Shown here in pieces: positions 51,501 through 63,499 of a DNA stretch of 64,000 nucleotides; positions within the stretch are counted from its first letter, which is position 1; each line of letters begins with the position of its first letter. The DNA lies in the NCBI GenBank assembly GCA_050575255.1, contig JBNZDD010013693.1:4973522-5037521 (forward strand), in the 5' to 3' direction. The notes under the pieces were generated by a model. The model was not told the origin of the DNA and did no database searches. It worked only from the letters and a program-made list of their open reading frames with translations. This DNA comes from Harriotta raleighana. Its lineage: Eukaryota. Position numbers and translations under genes: made by a program.

Positions 51501-54500
51501 CAAGGTGCGCACTCGAGAGAAGGTTTCAACGGGCTGCAGCTAATTTACATTTGTTGCTGGTGGGGTTATTTGTTTATTCCTATTGATTGACATGTTTTTT
51601 GGAAAGTTGCTTCGGCAGAAATAAATTCTTCTTCTGATAAATCAACAGGCATGAATCAGTGCCCAGAGACTGAGACAGAAATATTCCGGACTCAATTTCT
51701 CTTTCAAGCTTTCTTGTGGTTGAAGTTTCCGGACATGATTGAAGTTCAATCAGCAAATCGATTTCCACTTGCTTCGACAACGGTAGCAGTAAAAGTTTGA
51801 AATTTGCATCAGGGAAGCAATATGTCTAAAAAATAACGGATCGGGCAGAGGCACAGATTTGAAAGCATGGAACAACAACAAATCACATTTGTATAGTGCC
51901 TTTCACTGTGACATAGACATGAGCTATATCTAACGTCCGTCTCTACTCCTTGTCCCTCACTCCTTCCGCCCTTCATCAAATAAGAGATAAAAGAAATACT
52001 TGTTTGATGACATTTTGTTCTGGAGACTTGGCTAAACCAGGATGATGGAAGTGAATATAACAAGGATACAGACTAGGAAAGATGGAGGCATTTTTATGTA
52101 TGCAATTGACACCCTGGAGGTTACAGTTTGAAACAGCTTTGCAGGATCAGTCGTGGTGTGTAACCTCTGGGTAGACGTGCTCAAAAAGAGAAAGGCTAGA
52201 TTAACATTTGGGGTTTGTTTATGGAGCGCTGGGCCGCAGCGGGGAGAGCACCTTGTCACTGTGATAACATTAGGAGGGGATTTGAGGGAAAGAAGGTAGT
52301 TCTGATGAGGACTTCAATCAGCCCAACACAAGCTGGGAATACCCAAGTGTGACAATGATTACCACTGAAAAGCGATCCAGCAATTCTTCACCTTGTACAA
52401 ATTCACCCAACTGGAATTACAAGGACTTTATTTGCAAATTGAAGCCTTGGGTGCACTTTTAACTGAAGCAACCAATTATGGACCGACATATAAAGGGCCA
52501 TTGCTTTCTTTATTTCTATTTCAGATATTCGATTGTGAACATCAAGTTTCACATTACCTCTTGTTGCATGAATATTTCCTTATGGATGGAATATTTCCTT
52601 TGTTTCCAGGGGGTTGCCTGTTAACGTATCAAACCTATCTAATTGTGGGAGACAATCTGGTCCCATAAACATCACATTGATATTAATAAATGTGTTACGC
52701 TGTTTAACTAAACACAATGGCCCCCAAAGCTGAAGTGACGTACTGTTCATTTTTAATGGAAACTTCATTAAAGGGTACACTGTAATCAAATCTGTCAGTG
52801 AACAACGCAATCAGCTCAGGTACTCTGGTAAATGGGTTTGTATCTGGTAATTCAAGAAAGGGACCTCGTATTTCTGAGCAAACGTAATTAATAGATAACA
52901 CCAGAGAGGTTTAAAAGCTTAATAGCACCAGTTTCCACCTAAACAATATCTTTTTTAAACACTGTTTGTCTCCTCGTCACCCTCGCCAGCTAGAAAGCTG
53001 GGGCACTGTGAATTACAGATCTCATTAAATCCACTTTAACAGTTTGGTGACAAATTGACTCAATGTTTGAATTAAATGGAGTCTCCTGGACAATGGATCG
53101 CAGTCATTCCTAATAGAACTAATTGTCACCTGTAGCTGATGATTTAAGAAACAACATGTTTTAAAGCTGAACAAATAAATAACAACCAAAAATGAGCTTT
53201 GCTTTAGAGAGTCACAAATATAGAAAAGAGACAAAATTCTGACGCTTTGAAACATCTCGAAGATGTGAAAAATATGCTGAATCCTCCTGACGTGAAAGGC
53301 GTTATACAAGTGTAATTTTGTTGCTGTTATATCAAATACAAAGATTATTATTACTATTATTTGATATTGTACTTTATCACGTCATTGAGATCTCTCAAAG
53401 CTTCACAGAATATACTGTAAAGTGAATAGACTGTATATTTTGTGGGCGAAACTGGGCAGGCAATCAGCACAGCAGTGTGCCACAAATAGTCGTAGATTGA
53501 GTAACTAAACTATTATCATGATTTTATTATTTTTTCTGGATAGATTATTACTCACGAAAAGTGATCCACCAAACAACTAATAGATTCCGACTAAATGTTC
53601 AGTAAACAGAAGTGTGTAGAGTAAGGAAACTTACAAAGATTTTGCCCCACTCGGGAATCGAACCCAGGTCCTCCCACTTGTGAGGTGAGCGGTTGAAACA
53701 CTACGCCACAGGACTCCACTATTCTAAACTGAAAATCAACACACTAGGAACCACGTACAATATTGTGCTATAAATCCTTAAGGAGGAAAATTCCAATGGT
53801 ATTCCATTTGCAAAGAATTAATTGTCAATGAACTAGTAATACAAGGACCTTTTCTTCAGTTTTATGACCTAATTTTATGAGGTAAATTATTTACAGGGAA
53901 TCCAATGTACGATTACACAGCAGGTTGTTGCGTATCGACAGCTGAACCACATACGGTTGAAAGAGGATGATGATTGGGTGGTTTGACTGAGCTGCTTAAA
54001 ACATCTTGTTTCGCAATGTCCCCCAGGCACTCCCAATGTTCTTCGCGCACAAATTCCCTGCCACGCTGGCCCAGTTTCCTCTGAAGTGCTGTGAAATATT
54101 ATGGTGATACAAGATTATCGCCGGGTTACATGTTGGTGTCAATAAATTTCTTCACTTCCTCAGCTCAACTCGTAAACCTGTTAAACAGGTCCAGGTTATG
54201 CCAAACAACTCACAGAAATCCGAAACATCTTGTCTCAATATTTCTTCTGGCCAAGAGAGTTAAAAGCATCAGCAGGGTCTTGGTCAGCCCTCTGGTATGC
54301 AGGGAGGTGCTAAGTAGAGCAACTCAGTAGACTGAGAGTGTGGCATAGGAGAGAGCCAGGACATTTTGGAAAGTGAGGTAGAGGGAACAGGGATAAAAGA
54401 GTTTGCGGTGGGTGGAAGGACTGAGGGAGGAGGACAGGAATAATGGGAATGTGGCTGAGCGAAGACAGGTTTTGACAATTATTAATAACAAAACAGCTAT

Positions 54501-54659
54501 GGTTCATGGGGATGTGGACACATTAAAATATAGCAGAGATGAGACCCAACAATCAAAAACAAGAAATAAAATAAATACTGATTTGAAACTTTCCAGGATG
54601 ACATTTTGTTGTGGAGACATGACTAAACCAGGATGACAGAAGTAAATAAAACAAGGATA

Positions 54660-54975
54660 ATAATATTAATAATCCTTGCATTTGACATAGCACTTTTCAT
54701 AGCTTCTAGATGTCTCAAAGCGCTTCATAGAATATACTGCAAAGTGAATTGACTATATTTGTGGGCGAAACGCGGCGGCCAATTGCGCGCAGCCGTGTCC
54801 CACAAACAGTCGTGGATTAAAGTGACCAAATTGTTATTGTTGTTGTTCATATTTGAGGGATTATTGTCAGGCATGTGGAGTAAGGAAACTTGCCCAAGGT
54901 TTCACCCTGCCTGGAATCGAACCCAGGTCTTTCGCTTGTGAGTCAAGCGCTCTAACCACTGAGCTACAGAACTCC
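54660..54975 (-). mobile_element. tRNA/Deu SINE inserted into an old CR1 endonuclease fragment
   Basis: Interrupts sequence that is contiguous in the copy at 52010-52350. Confidence 0.88.
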
Positions 54976-55777
54976 ACTCAGGTTACAGGCTATTCAGGAG
55001 AGATGGGAGCAATAGGAAAGATGGAGGCATTTCTATGTAAGTGACATCCTGGAGATTATAGTTATTGAAACAGCTTTGCAGGAATCAGTCATGGTGTGTA
55101 ACCTCTGTGCTCAAAAAGAGAAAAGCTAGGCTAACATTTCAGGTTTGTTACAGAGCGCTAGGCCACAGCAGGGAGAGCACCTTGTCACTGTAATAATAAT
55201 AATACATTATTAATAATAATAACGTTATAATAATTCTTGCATTTCATATAGTGCTTTTTACATCTTATTGGTGTCTCAAAGCGCTTCACAGAATATAATG
55301 TAGTGAATTGATAACATTAGGAGGGGATGATGAGGCAAAGAAAGTCATTCTGATGGGGAACATCAATCAGCCCAACCACAAGCTGGGAACGCCATAGTGT
55401 GACAGTCTCCGAGTATGTCAAATATCATGCGTGACTGCTGACTGACGCAGTGCGTCAATTTAGCCAACAATATCAAAAGAGAAGGTTCGGAGGCAGTTAA
55501 GTCACTCACTTGAAATATTTTGAATAGTGACAGGCCTACACAGCCAGCCGCAAAAGAAAGAAACAAGTGGCAGCATCCTTCAGCCTGTTGGGAGAGGCTG
55601 CAATTCATCTATTCGACATAATGGGAATTGACACGAGTGGAGAAGAACTTGTCAGGGTAAATAAACTGTTGTAGAAATCGGAGAAGAGGTTTTTGCTCAG
55701 CATGAACAGGTAAGTTGACAACAATCCACAATTTACATCCTTCCTCTACAAGGAATTCCCAATAGCACTGGGGTGTT

Positions 55778-56783
55778 AATAATATAATCCTTGCATTTGA
55801 TATAGCGCTCTTCACATCATATCGATGTCTCAAAGCGCTTCACAGAATATACTGTAAAGTGAATTGACTGCATATTTGTGGGTGAAACACAGTAGCCAAT
55901 TGCATACAGCAGTGACCCCACAAATACTCGTGGATTCAAATGACCAATTTTATTATTGTGGGTTTTTTTTGGGGCNAGAATATACTGTAAAGTGAATTGA
56001 CTGCATATTTGTGGGTGAAACACAGTAGCCAATTGCACACAGCAGTGACCCCACAAATACTCGTGGATTCAAATGACCAATTTTATTATTGTGGGTTTTT
56101 TTGGGGGCGACAAATTATTATTAGGCGTGTGGAGTAAGGAAACTTGCCCAAGGTTTGACCCTGATTTGCCTCAATTCAAAACACAGGTCTCACGCTTGTA
56201 AGGCGAGTGCTCTAACCACTGAGCTACAGGGTATCAGGATTAACACCTCGTTGCTGATGTATCCACAAAAGAACAAGAGCATTGAGAGTGCAACGAACAA
56301 AAAAAATGCTGAAACACACCTTGACCTGCTAAATTGGGGGACTCCAGCTCAGCTCTTAATGGCTCAGCCAGTGAGGGGTTCAATGCCAAATATACAAGTG
56401 TAATTTGTTGTTGTTGTTGCCTTCATGCCTTGACACCAGTCTCTTGATATACATTTCTAGCTCCTGTAGCTCAGTGGTTAGAGCACTCACCTTCCAAGCA
56501 TGAGACTGAGTTTGAATCCAGGCAGATCAGGGCAAAAACTTGGGCAAGTTTGCTTACTCCACACGTCTAATAATAATCCATCCCCCCAAAAAAGACAATA
56601 ATAAAATTGGTCATTTCAATCCACGACTGTTTGTGGGGACGCTGCTGTGCGCAATTGGCTGCCGCATTTCGCCCACAAATATACAGCCAATTCACTTTAC
56701 AGTATATTCTGTGAAGCGCTTTGAGACGTCAATAAGATGTGAAAAGCGGTCTATCAAATGCAAGGATTATTATTATATTATTA
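55778..56783. mobile_element. Head-to-head pair of tRNA/Deu SINEs (55778-56230 on -, 56460-56783 on +)
   Basis: Both are full length. The first carries a duplication across an N. Confidence 0.85.
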
Positions 56784-57324
56784 TATTTTACTCTAAAGAT
56801 GTACTGTATAAAGATTGTGCTCAGAACATTACTATTTTCCCTCCAACTTCATACTTCTCTCACCTGCTTAATCCCCATGCCACTACCCGCCAAAGTCCGC
56901 CCGACTGGCTCTGGCCTCCTATTTATGCCACTTCCCCTCCATTCCACAATCGTGTCTGCACTTTCAGCTGGTACATCCCAAAACTATGGAACTTCATCCC
57001 TCAATCCCTCCACCTGGCCCCTTCCTTCCCCATTTTCAGATCTTGCCTGAAGACCTTCCTTTGGACTGTGCTTAATGTTCCTCTCCCCCTAGCCCCCCCA
57101 CCGATTTTGTGCCAGGCTTCCCCACCAGGGACTTGCCAGGTAACACAGCAGAAACATAATCACAAGAACCAATAAACATGCCAACCATGGCAATAAACAT
57201 GTGTACAGAGGGGAAGGATAATACAGAGGGGTGGGCAAGGGTGGGGGGCAGGGGGGGCAAGGGTAGGGGTGAGGGGGTTACTCAGAGAGGGAAAGATTGT
57301 ACCGTTTTTCCTATGGTTGGGCAT

Positions 57325-58620
57325 AACAACAATCAATCATTCAAAATTACATTTATATAGAGTGTTTCACATTGGAAGGAAGTCCCAAGGTGCTGTAAAG
57401 TCAAGTAGGGATCAGAGCGGGGCGGGGGGGAGGGGTCGGGGGAAGGAAAGTAGGAAAAATTGACTGTGTATTTGTGGACGAAAACGTGGCAGCCAAATTG
57501 TGCTCAGCAGTGTCCCACAAACAGTCATGGAAGTGGGGTTAGGGGAGAAGGGGGGGAAACATGGCAAGAGAAGGGGTCGGGGTAGAAGGAAGGAGAACAG
57601 GAAAAAACAACTGTATATTTGTGGGCCAAACATGGCAGCCAAATTATGTACAGCAGTGTCCCACAAACAGCCGTGGAAGTGGGGCCGGGGGAGGAAAGGG
57701 GAAAAGAGGTTAAGGGGGAGAGGGAGGGAAAGGTGGGGTGGGGTAAAATCATGGGGGGAAAGGGGGGAGCAAGGGGGAAGAGAGAGGGAAAAGTGGATGG
57801 GTGGCAAAATCAGGGAGAAATCAGGGGAGAAAGGGGGGTAAGAGGGAAGAGGGGCGTTAGAGGGAAAAGGGAGGGAAGGGGGGGAGGAAGGGAGGGAAGA
57901 AGAAGAAAAAGGAAGGGGACAGGTCAGGGGGCAGGGGGAACAATAGTAACAAACAACAATATCAACAACAATAAACAAACAAAAAAGCAACAATAAAAAC
58001 AGCAAAAGCAACAACAACAACAATTAACAACAGAACAGCAACTGCTCCTTGTCCTCGCCTGGACGCTATTAAAAAAGGTGGGAACCAGGCCCAGTGTGGT
58101 GAAAGGCCCAAAAACCGACCGGCTCCTCAGCCGGTGACCAGGTGATTCGGTGACGGTCCTGGTACCTCGGATACGGCCAGGTCTGGCCAGTTTGCCCAGC
58201 AGCAGCAGCTCGACCACATTCGGGATCTCCCGCAACGAGATGGTCCATCGCCTGGTGCACCGGACCAGGCAAAAGGCCTCGTAAGCGAACCACTCGAAGA
58301 TGTCGCTGATGAGCGAGCTCACCAAGTCCATGGCCGCCGAAGGCGACGCCGTGCTCGGGTGTACTTGCCCCAGCTCCCCGCAGACGCAGACGCATGGGGT
58401 GTAGATGAACATTCAGGATGGGACCCGAGCAAGAGAGAGGGCAGGGAGAGAAATGGGAAAGAGTTAGGAGGGGAGGGAGAGAGTTGGGAGGGCAGCAGAA
58501 GGCATGGTCGAAGGGGACAGTCTTGAGACAGGCCTTGAAGAAAGCGAGGGAGGGAGCAAGGGGAAGGGACTGTGGGATGGAGTTCCAGAGCCTGGTGGAG
58601 CAGAGAGGCTGAAGTCCACT
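57325..58620 (-). mobile_element. Composite non-autonomous retroelement: L2 3' body, H2B-like segment, (TTG)n, pyrimidine tract, two Deu-SINE cores, L2 terminal tail
   Basis: Each module is recognisable against other L2/SINE copies in the window. The 3' ~700 nt is shared with 47237-47946 and the last ~175 nt with 7506-7682. Confidence 0.7.
58145..58412 (-). pseudogene. Divergent histone H2B-derived segment (histone fold only) inside a composite repeat
   Basis: LGQVHPSTASPSAAMDLVSSLISDIFEWFAYEAFCLVRCTRRWTISLREIPNVVELLLLGKLA...GTRTVT aligns without gaps to H2B [63 protein letters not shown]...GTKAVT. AVSE is readable in a shifted frame at 58166-58177. Confidence 0.88.
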
Positions 58621-59835
58621 GAATGGAAATAACAGTTACATCAGATACAAACTGGGACATGTAACATCCCAAATAGATAAATACAAATAGAGAATCAAAG
58701 GTAGGGAAAGCCGTGCGATAATGGGAATTTGATAAATCGCTGCAGATTTATCTGTTTGCTAAGCAAAGCAGTTATGCAAACACAGAGATATCTGAGCCAT
58801 ATGTTCTGTACACCAGTTACAAGAAGCACTCAAATATTCAGTTCCAATTACTATATTGTACTGAAATGGTGAGGGCGGCCCCAATTCCCATCCCTCTCCC
58901 AGCATCTTTCCATTCATTTTTGGGATCCCATTGGCAAATGATGAATTCTCGTTCTGTTTGGGCTGTGAGCACGAGAAGCAAAAATGAACAAGGTGATCTT
59001 ACAACATCACCACAAAGAGGCAGGGATTTTACAATAATAATTAGTGTTCGATGATCATGGTCCTAAGGCTCAAGATAAAAGATTTGAAAATGCGAAATAA
59101 CGTTTCCCGATCACATACGGAGGAATGAGCACCACAAACAGAAAAAGCCACCTGTAATATTCCTCAGAACAGAGCGACTGTAAAGTGTTGTCGCTTGTTA
59201 TCGAGCTTGAATAAATCTTCCTGCCTACAATAATCACACGGCCAATTAACGCTGTCTGAAGGAAAGTGATTAATTAATGTGTTGACGCCTGGCCTTAATT
59301 TAACATGTTTGGTTTTACGCAAATTAACAAGTTCATTTCTGTGTGTGTGTGTGTATGTGTGTGTGTGTGAGTGTGGGTACATGTCAGGGCGGGCGGGTGG
59401 GGGGATGATAAACTGGAGGTTATAACATGGAATTTTAAGCAGGCTGTTCTCTCTCTCAAAATTAATTATCCTGGAGCCATCAAAGCTCCAATTTAACTGC
59501 AACTTTGTCAAATCAAAAGAGCTCATTCTTGTGAGTACAGAGAGCGCCAATATCTTTCCCTGGAGATGTAAAGGAGAGCTACTGGCACAGTGTTAGGAAT
59601 CCTGAGGAACAATTGGAGCTCTTTAGCCTGAGAAAGACATCTGGGGAGAGACGGAGGGCGGGTTCAGGAGGCAGACGTTTCTTCTCTGATGCCAAATACA
59701 AAAAAGCGACAGACGTCAAAAATAGACACTATCTCTTGTTTGCAGACAGACGAAGAGATTGATAGGTAGGAAGAGAGACACAGAGAGAGAGTCTGACTGA
59801 TACTCGTGACTCAGGTCATAATTATAAGCTAGTTA

Positions 59836-61390
59836 CAAAAACAACAGCAGCAACAACAACGTTGATTTATATAGCGCCCTCCACACTGGCCTGCGTCTCA
59901 GAGCGCTTCACAATAATGGATCCCGGGCCCGAGCCGGGGGGGGTGGGGGGAAAATGAACAAAGCCATGGTCAGCTAAGAAGAGAGGGGGCAAGGCGAAGG
60001 GAGTGAGGAAAGGAGTTCCAGAACTTCGGGGTGTAGTGGCTTAAGGCACGGCCGCCGATAGTGGAGTGGAGGATTCGGTGGACAAGGAGGAGACCAGAAC
60101 TGGAGGACCGAAGGCAACGGGTGTTGGGGAGACAGGAGGTCAGAGATGTAGGGGGGTGCAGAAGAGGAGAGATTTGAAAACAAGAGTGAGAATCTTGAAT
60201 CTTGAAATCGATCCTCTCCGGGATAGGGAGCCAGTGAAGTCTGGCAACGACTCGGGTAATCGGGGAGCGAAGTTTGGTGCAGGTAAGAATGCAGGCGGCA
60301 GAGTTCTGAATGAGCTGGATTTTATAGATTGTGGTGGAGGGGAGACCAGCGAGGAGGGCATTTGCATAATCCAGCCGAGAGGTGACAAAGGCATGGACCA
60401 GAGTTTCAGCTGCTTTTGGGACAAGGTATTGCCGGAAACGGGCAATACGTCACAAGTGGAAAAAAGCAGTACAAGTGAGGGACCGGATGTGGGGGAGGAA
60501 GGATAGTTGGGGGTCGAACCTGACGCCGAGGTTGCGTACCGGTTCGGAGAGTTTTAGGGGCAGACCGGGGAGGGAGGAGGTGAGAGCCGTGTGACTGAAC
60601 ACGAGGATGAGAGCCAAAGAGTATGACTTCCGTCTTGTCAACATTCAGCTGCAGGAAATTCGCTCTCATCCAGCTCCTGATGTCTGACAGGCAGGCTGAC
60701 AGAACATGAGGGGACTGGGGGTCACAAAGTGAGGTGTAAAAATAAAGTTGGGAGTCATCCACATACATGTAGAAGTGTACCCCATGTCTGCGAATGACAT
60801 CACCAAGAGGGAGCATGTAGGTTAGGAAGAGGAGGGGGCCAAGGATGGATCCTTGGGGTACCCCACAGGTAATCAGGTGAGAGCGGGAGGAAAAGCCATT
60901 TGTGGCGATGTATTGCTGGCAGTTTGTGAAGTAGGACTCGAACCAGGCGAGTGCGATCCCACTGAGTGAATGACGGAGGTCAGGCGGTGGAGGAGGATGG
61001 TGTATTCGACTGTGTCGAACATGGCTGAGAGGTGCAGGAGGACAAGGAGACAGAGGGAGCCCTGGTCACAGATAGAGAGGACATCGCTTGTGACATTCAC
61101 AAGTACAAACTCTGTCCTGTGGGCAAGGTGGAAATCAGATTAGAGGGATTCGAAAAGGGAGTGGGAGGAGAGGTGGGCACAGAGTTAACTTGGAAACAAT
61201 GCATTCAAGTACTTTCGAAAAGTAGGGCAGGTTCCTGCCTGTCTGTCAACCACAAGACAAGCAGAAGCAGAATTTTGGTAGAAGGTTTCAATTGGGCAGC
61301 TGTTAGGACACACAGTTTTTTCACTGGAATTCAAGGTGTGATGTAGACATCTATGTGAAGGATAGAGGCTGAAGGTGTCTGGGGATGGGG
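59836..61390 (-). mobile_element. L2-clade LINE, 5'-truncated and frameshifted
   Basis: RT motifs LSAMFDTV, YMYVDDSQLY, LQLNVDKTE and VRNLGV spread across frames. (TTG)n tail at ~59840. Confidence 0.92.
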
Positions 61391-61624
61391 AGAGGCAGTG
61401 GGATTCAGTGGACGGCTCGCTCTGAGACACAGGGCAGACTGGATGGGTCAAGTGGCCTCCTTGCGTGCTGTAAAAGGAGGGCGTCCCAGTGCCTTGAGAT
61501 GTCCTTTGGATGTCCTACACGAATGTAACTTTGTGCTTTTTGTAATCGTTCACTCAGTTGCTTTTAAAACTAAACATTTCGCCTGAGAAAACTGGACGTG
61601 AAGAAAAATTAAATAATAATAATC

Positions 61625-62812
61625 CAACAACAGCAACAACAACTTTCATTTATATAGCGTCCTCCACGCCGGACAGCATCTCAGAGCGCTTCACAATAGC
61701 AGATCCTGGGATCGAGCCAGGGGCAGGGGTACAAAGGTGACCAAAGGCGCGGTCAAAGAGAAAGATCTTCAGCTGGGACCTGAAGATGAGAAAAGAGGGC
61801 GCGAGGTGGAGGGAGTGAGGAGGGGAATTCCAGAGTCTCGGGGTTTAGTGCCTGAAGGCATGGCCACCAAGGGTGGAGCAAAGGATTTGGAGGACGTGGA
61901 GGAGGCCAGACCCGGTGAAGCGAAGGCAATGGGTGCTGGTTTGAGGAGAGAGGTCAGAGAGATAGGGGAGTGCAGAAGAGTGAAGGGATTTGAAGACGAC
62001 AGTGAGGATCTTGACATCAATCCTCTCTGGGATAGGGAGCCAGTGAAGTCTGGCAAGGACTGGTGTAATGGGGGAGCGAAGTTTGGTGCGGGTGAGAACA
62101 CAACTGGCAGAGTTTTGAATAAGCTGGACTCTGTGGATTGTGGAGGAGGGGAGACTGGAGAGGAGGGCATTGGAATAGTCCAGCTGAGAGGTGACAAAGG
62201 CATGGACCAAGGTTTCAGTGGCTTTTGGGGTGAGGTATTGGTGGAGACAGGCGATCTGCCGGAGATGGAAGAAAGCCAGTGCTGGTGAGGGACCGGATGT
62301 GGGGAAGGAAGGACAGTTGGGGGTTGAACCTGATGCCTAGATTGCGCACAGGTTTGGAGAGTTTTAGGGGCAGATCGGGAAGGTGGAGGAGGTGAGAGCC
62401 GTGTAAATGGAGACGTTTATGAGAGCCAAGGAGTATGGCCTCTGTCTTGTCAACATTCAACTGCAAGAAATTTGCGCTGATCCAGCACCTGATGTCTAAC
62501 AGGCGGCTGACAGAACATCAGGGGACGGGGGGTCGCAAAGTGAAGTGGAGAAATAGAGTTGCATGTCATCCGGGTACATGTGGAAGTGTGCCCCATGTCT
62601 GCGGATGACATCCCCAAGAGGGAACATATAGATGAGGAAAAGGAGGCGGCCAAGGATGGTTTGTGAGATAGGATTCGAACCAGGCGAGTGCGGTCCCACC
62701 GAGGTGGGTGACAGAGAACAGGCAGTGGAGTTGGATGGCGTGGTCAACTGTGTCGAACGCAGTGAACAGGTCCAGGAGGATAAGGAGGGCAGAGGGAGCC
62801 CTGGTCGCAGAT
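61625..62812 (-). mobile_element. Second tandem L2-clade LINE copy, degenerate
   Basis: LLDLFTAFDTVDH, MYPDDMQLY, QLNVDKTE and VHAFVTSQLDYSNALL motifs. Same tail as the 59836 copy. Confidence 0.92.
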
Positions 62813-63499
62813 AGATAATCCTTGTAATTGATACAGCAAATTATCACGTCTTCGAGATGTCGCAATGCTCTTCACAGAATTTACTGTGAGCTGAATCGAC
62901 TGTGTATCGTGTGGGCGAAACCTGGCATACCCATTGCTTAAGGCGGTCATTGATTGAGCTGCCAAATTCTTATCGTTTTTAGAAAACAATTTCCGACAAG
63001 AAGAAATTGTATATTCTCTCTCTATTCTAATATGCCAACGTGGGGGATGTGTGCAGTGCATTCACATTAGGCTCTCTCTGTTAGAAGCTCTGGAATCACA
63101 CACATGACACACACACACATACACACACACAGAACTGAATCTGGCTCTCCAAACAACAGCACAGCATAACAAGGAATGTGTCCTGAAATAGACCACACAT
63201 GAAACAGGCAGGGGATTGGGATGAGCTTCATTTCCAGGAGTAAATTTAATCCTGATGAATTATATGTTTGTTTTGCATACACCAATATAGATGTTCCTAT
63301 GGAGTCTAAAATAGCATCTCATTTTCAGCCCAAATGCACTGGGTTAGGTTAGGATATTGAGGATATTGTATGCAAAAGCTCCCAGGGTTGGAGGGGGGGA
63401 GGGGTTGATTGATTTGGAAATGTATTTTACCATGATATCATTCATATTCTTTCCCAGTATCAAATCACTACAACCCCAACTGATCTATTTAATTAGTGC

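Noticed and set aside
53915-54095. ~60-codon open frame on - (LQRKLGQRGREFVREEHW...) faintly like a glycosyltransferase C-terminal helix
   Set aside because: Short similarity with no partner exons or start that I could link. Probably chance; TBLASTN would settle it.
55844-56108. 132-nt direct repeat inside a SINE around the N at 55976
   Set aside because: Same assembly-overlap signature as the 49491 repeat.
57412-58023. Long Pro/Leu/Ser- or Gly/Arg/Lys-rich ORFs here and at 47451-47879
   Set aside because: Artefacts of stop-poor purine/pyrimidine tracts in the composite repeat.
58118-58135. 7-bp stem/4-nt loop just after the H2B-like segment as a histone 3' stem-loop
   Set aside because: The sense sequence (ACCGGCT GAGG AGCCGGT) does not match the SLBP consensus GGYYYTTYTNARRRCC. 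There is also no N-terminal tail or histone promoter, so it is not called a functional replication-dependent histone gene.
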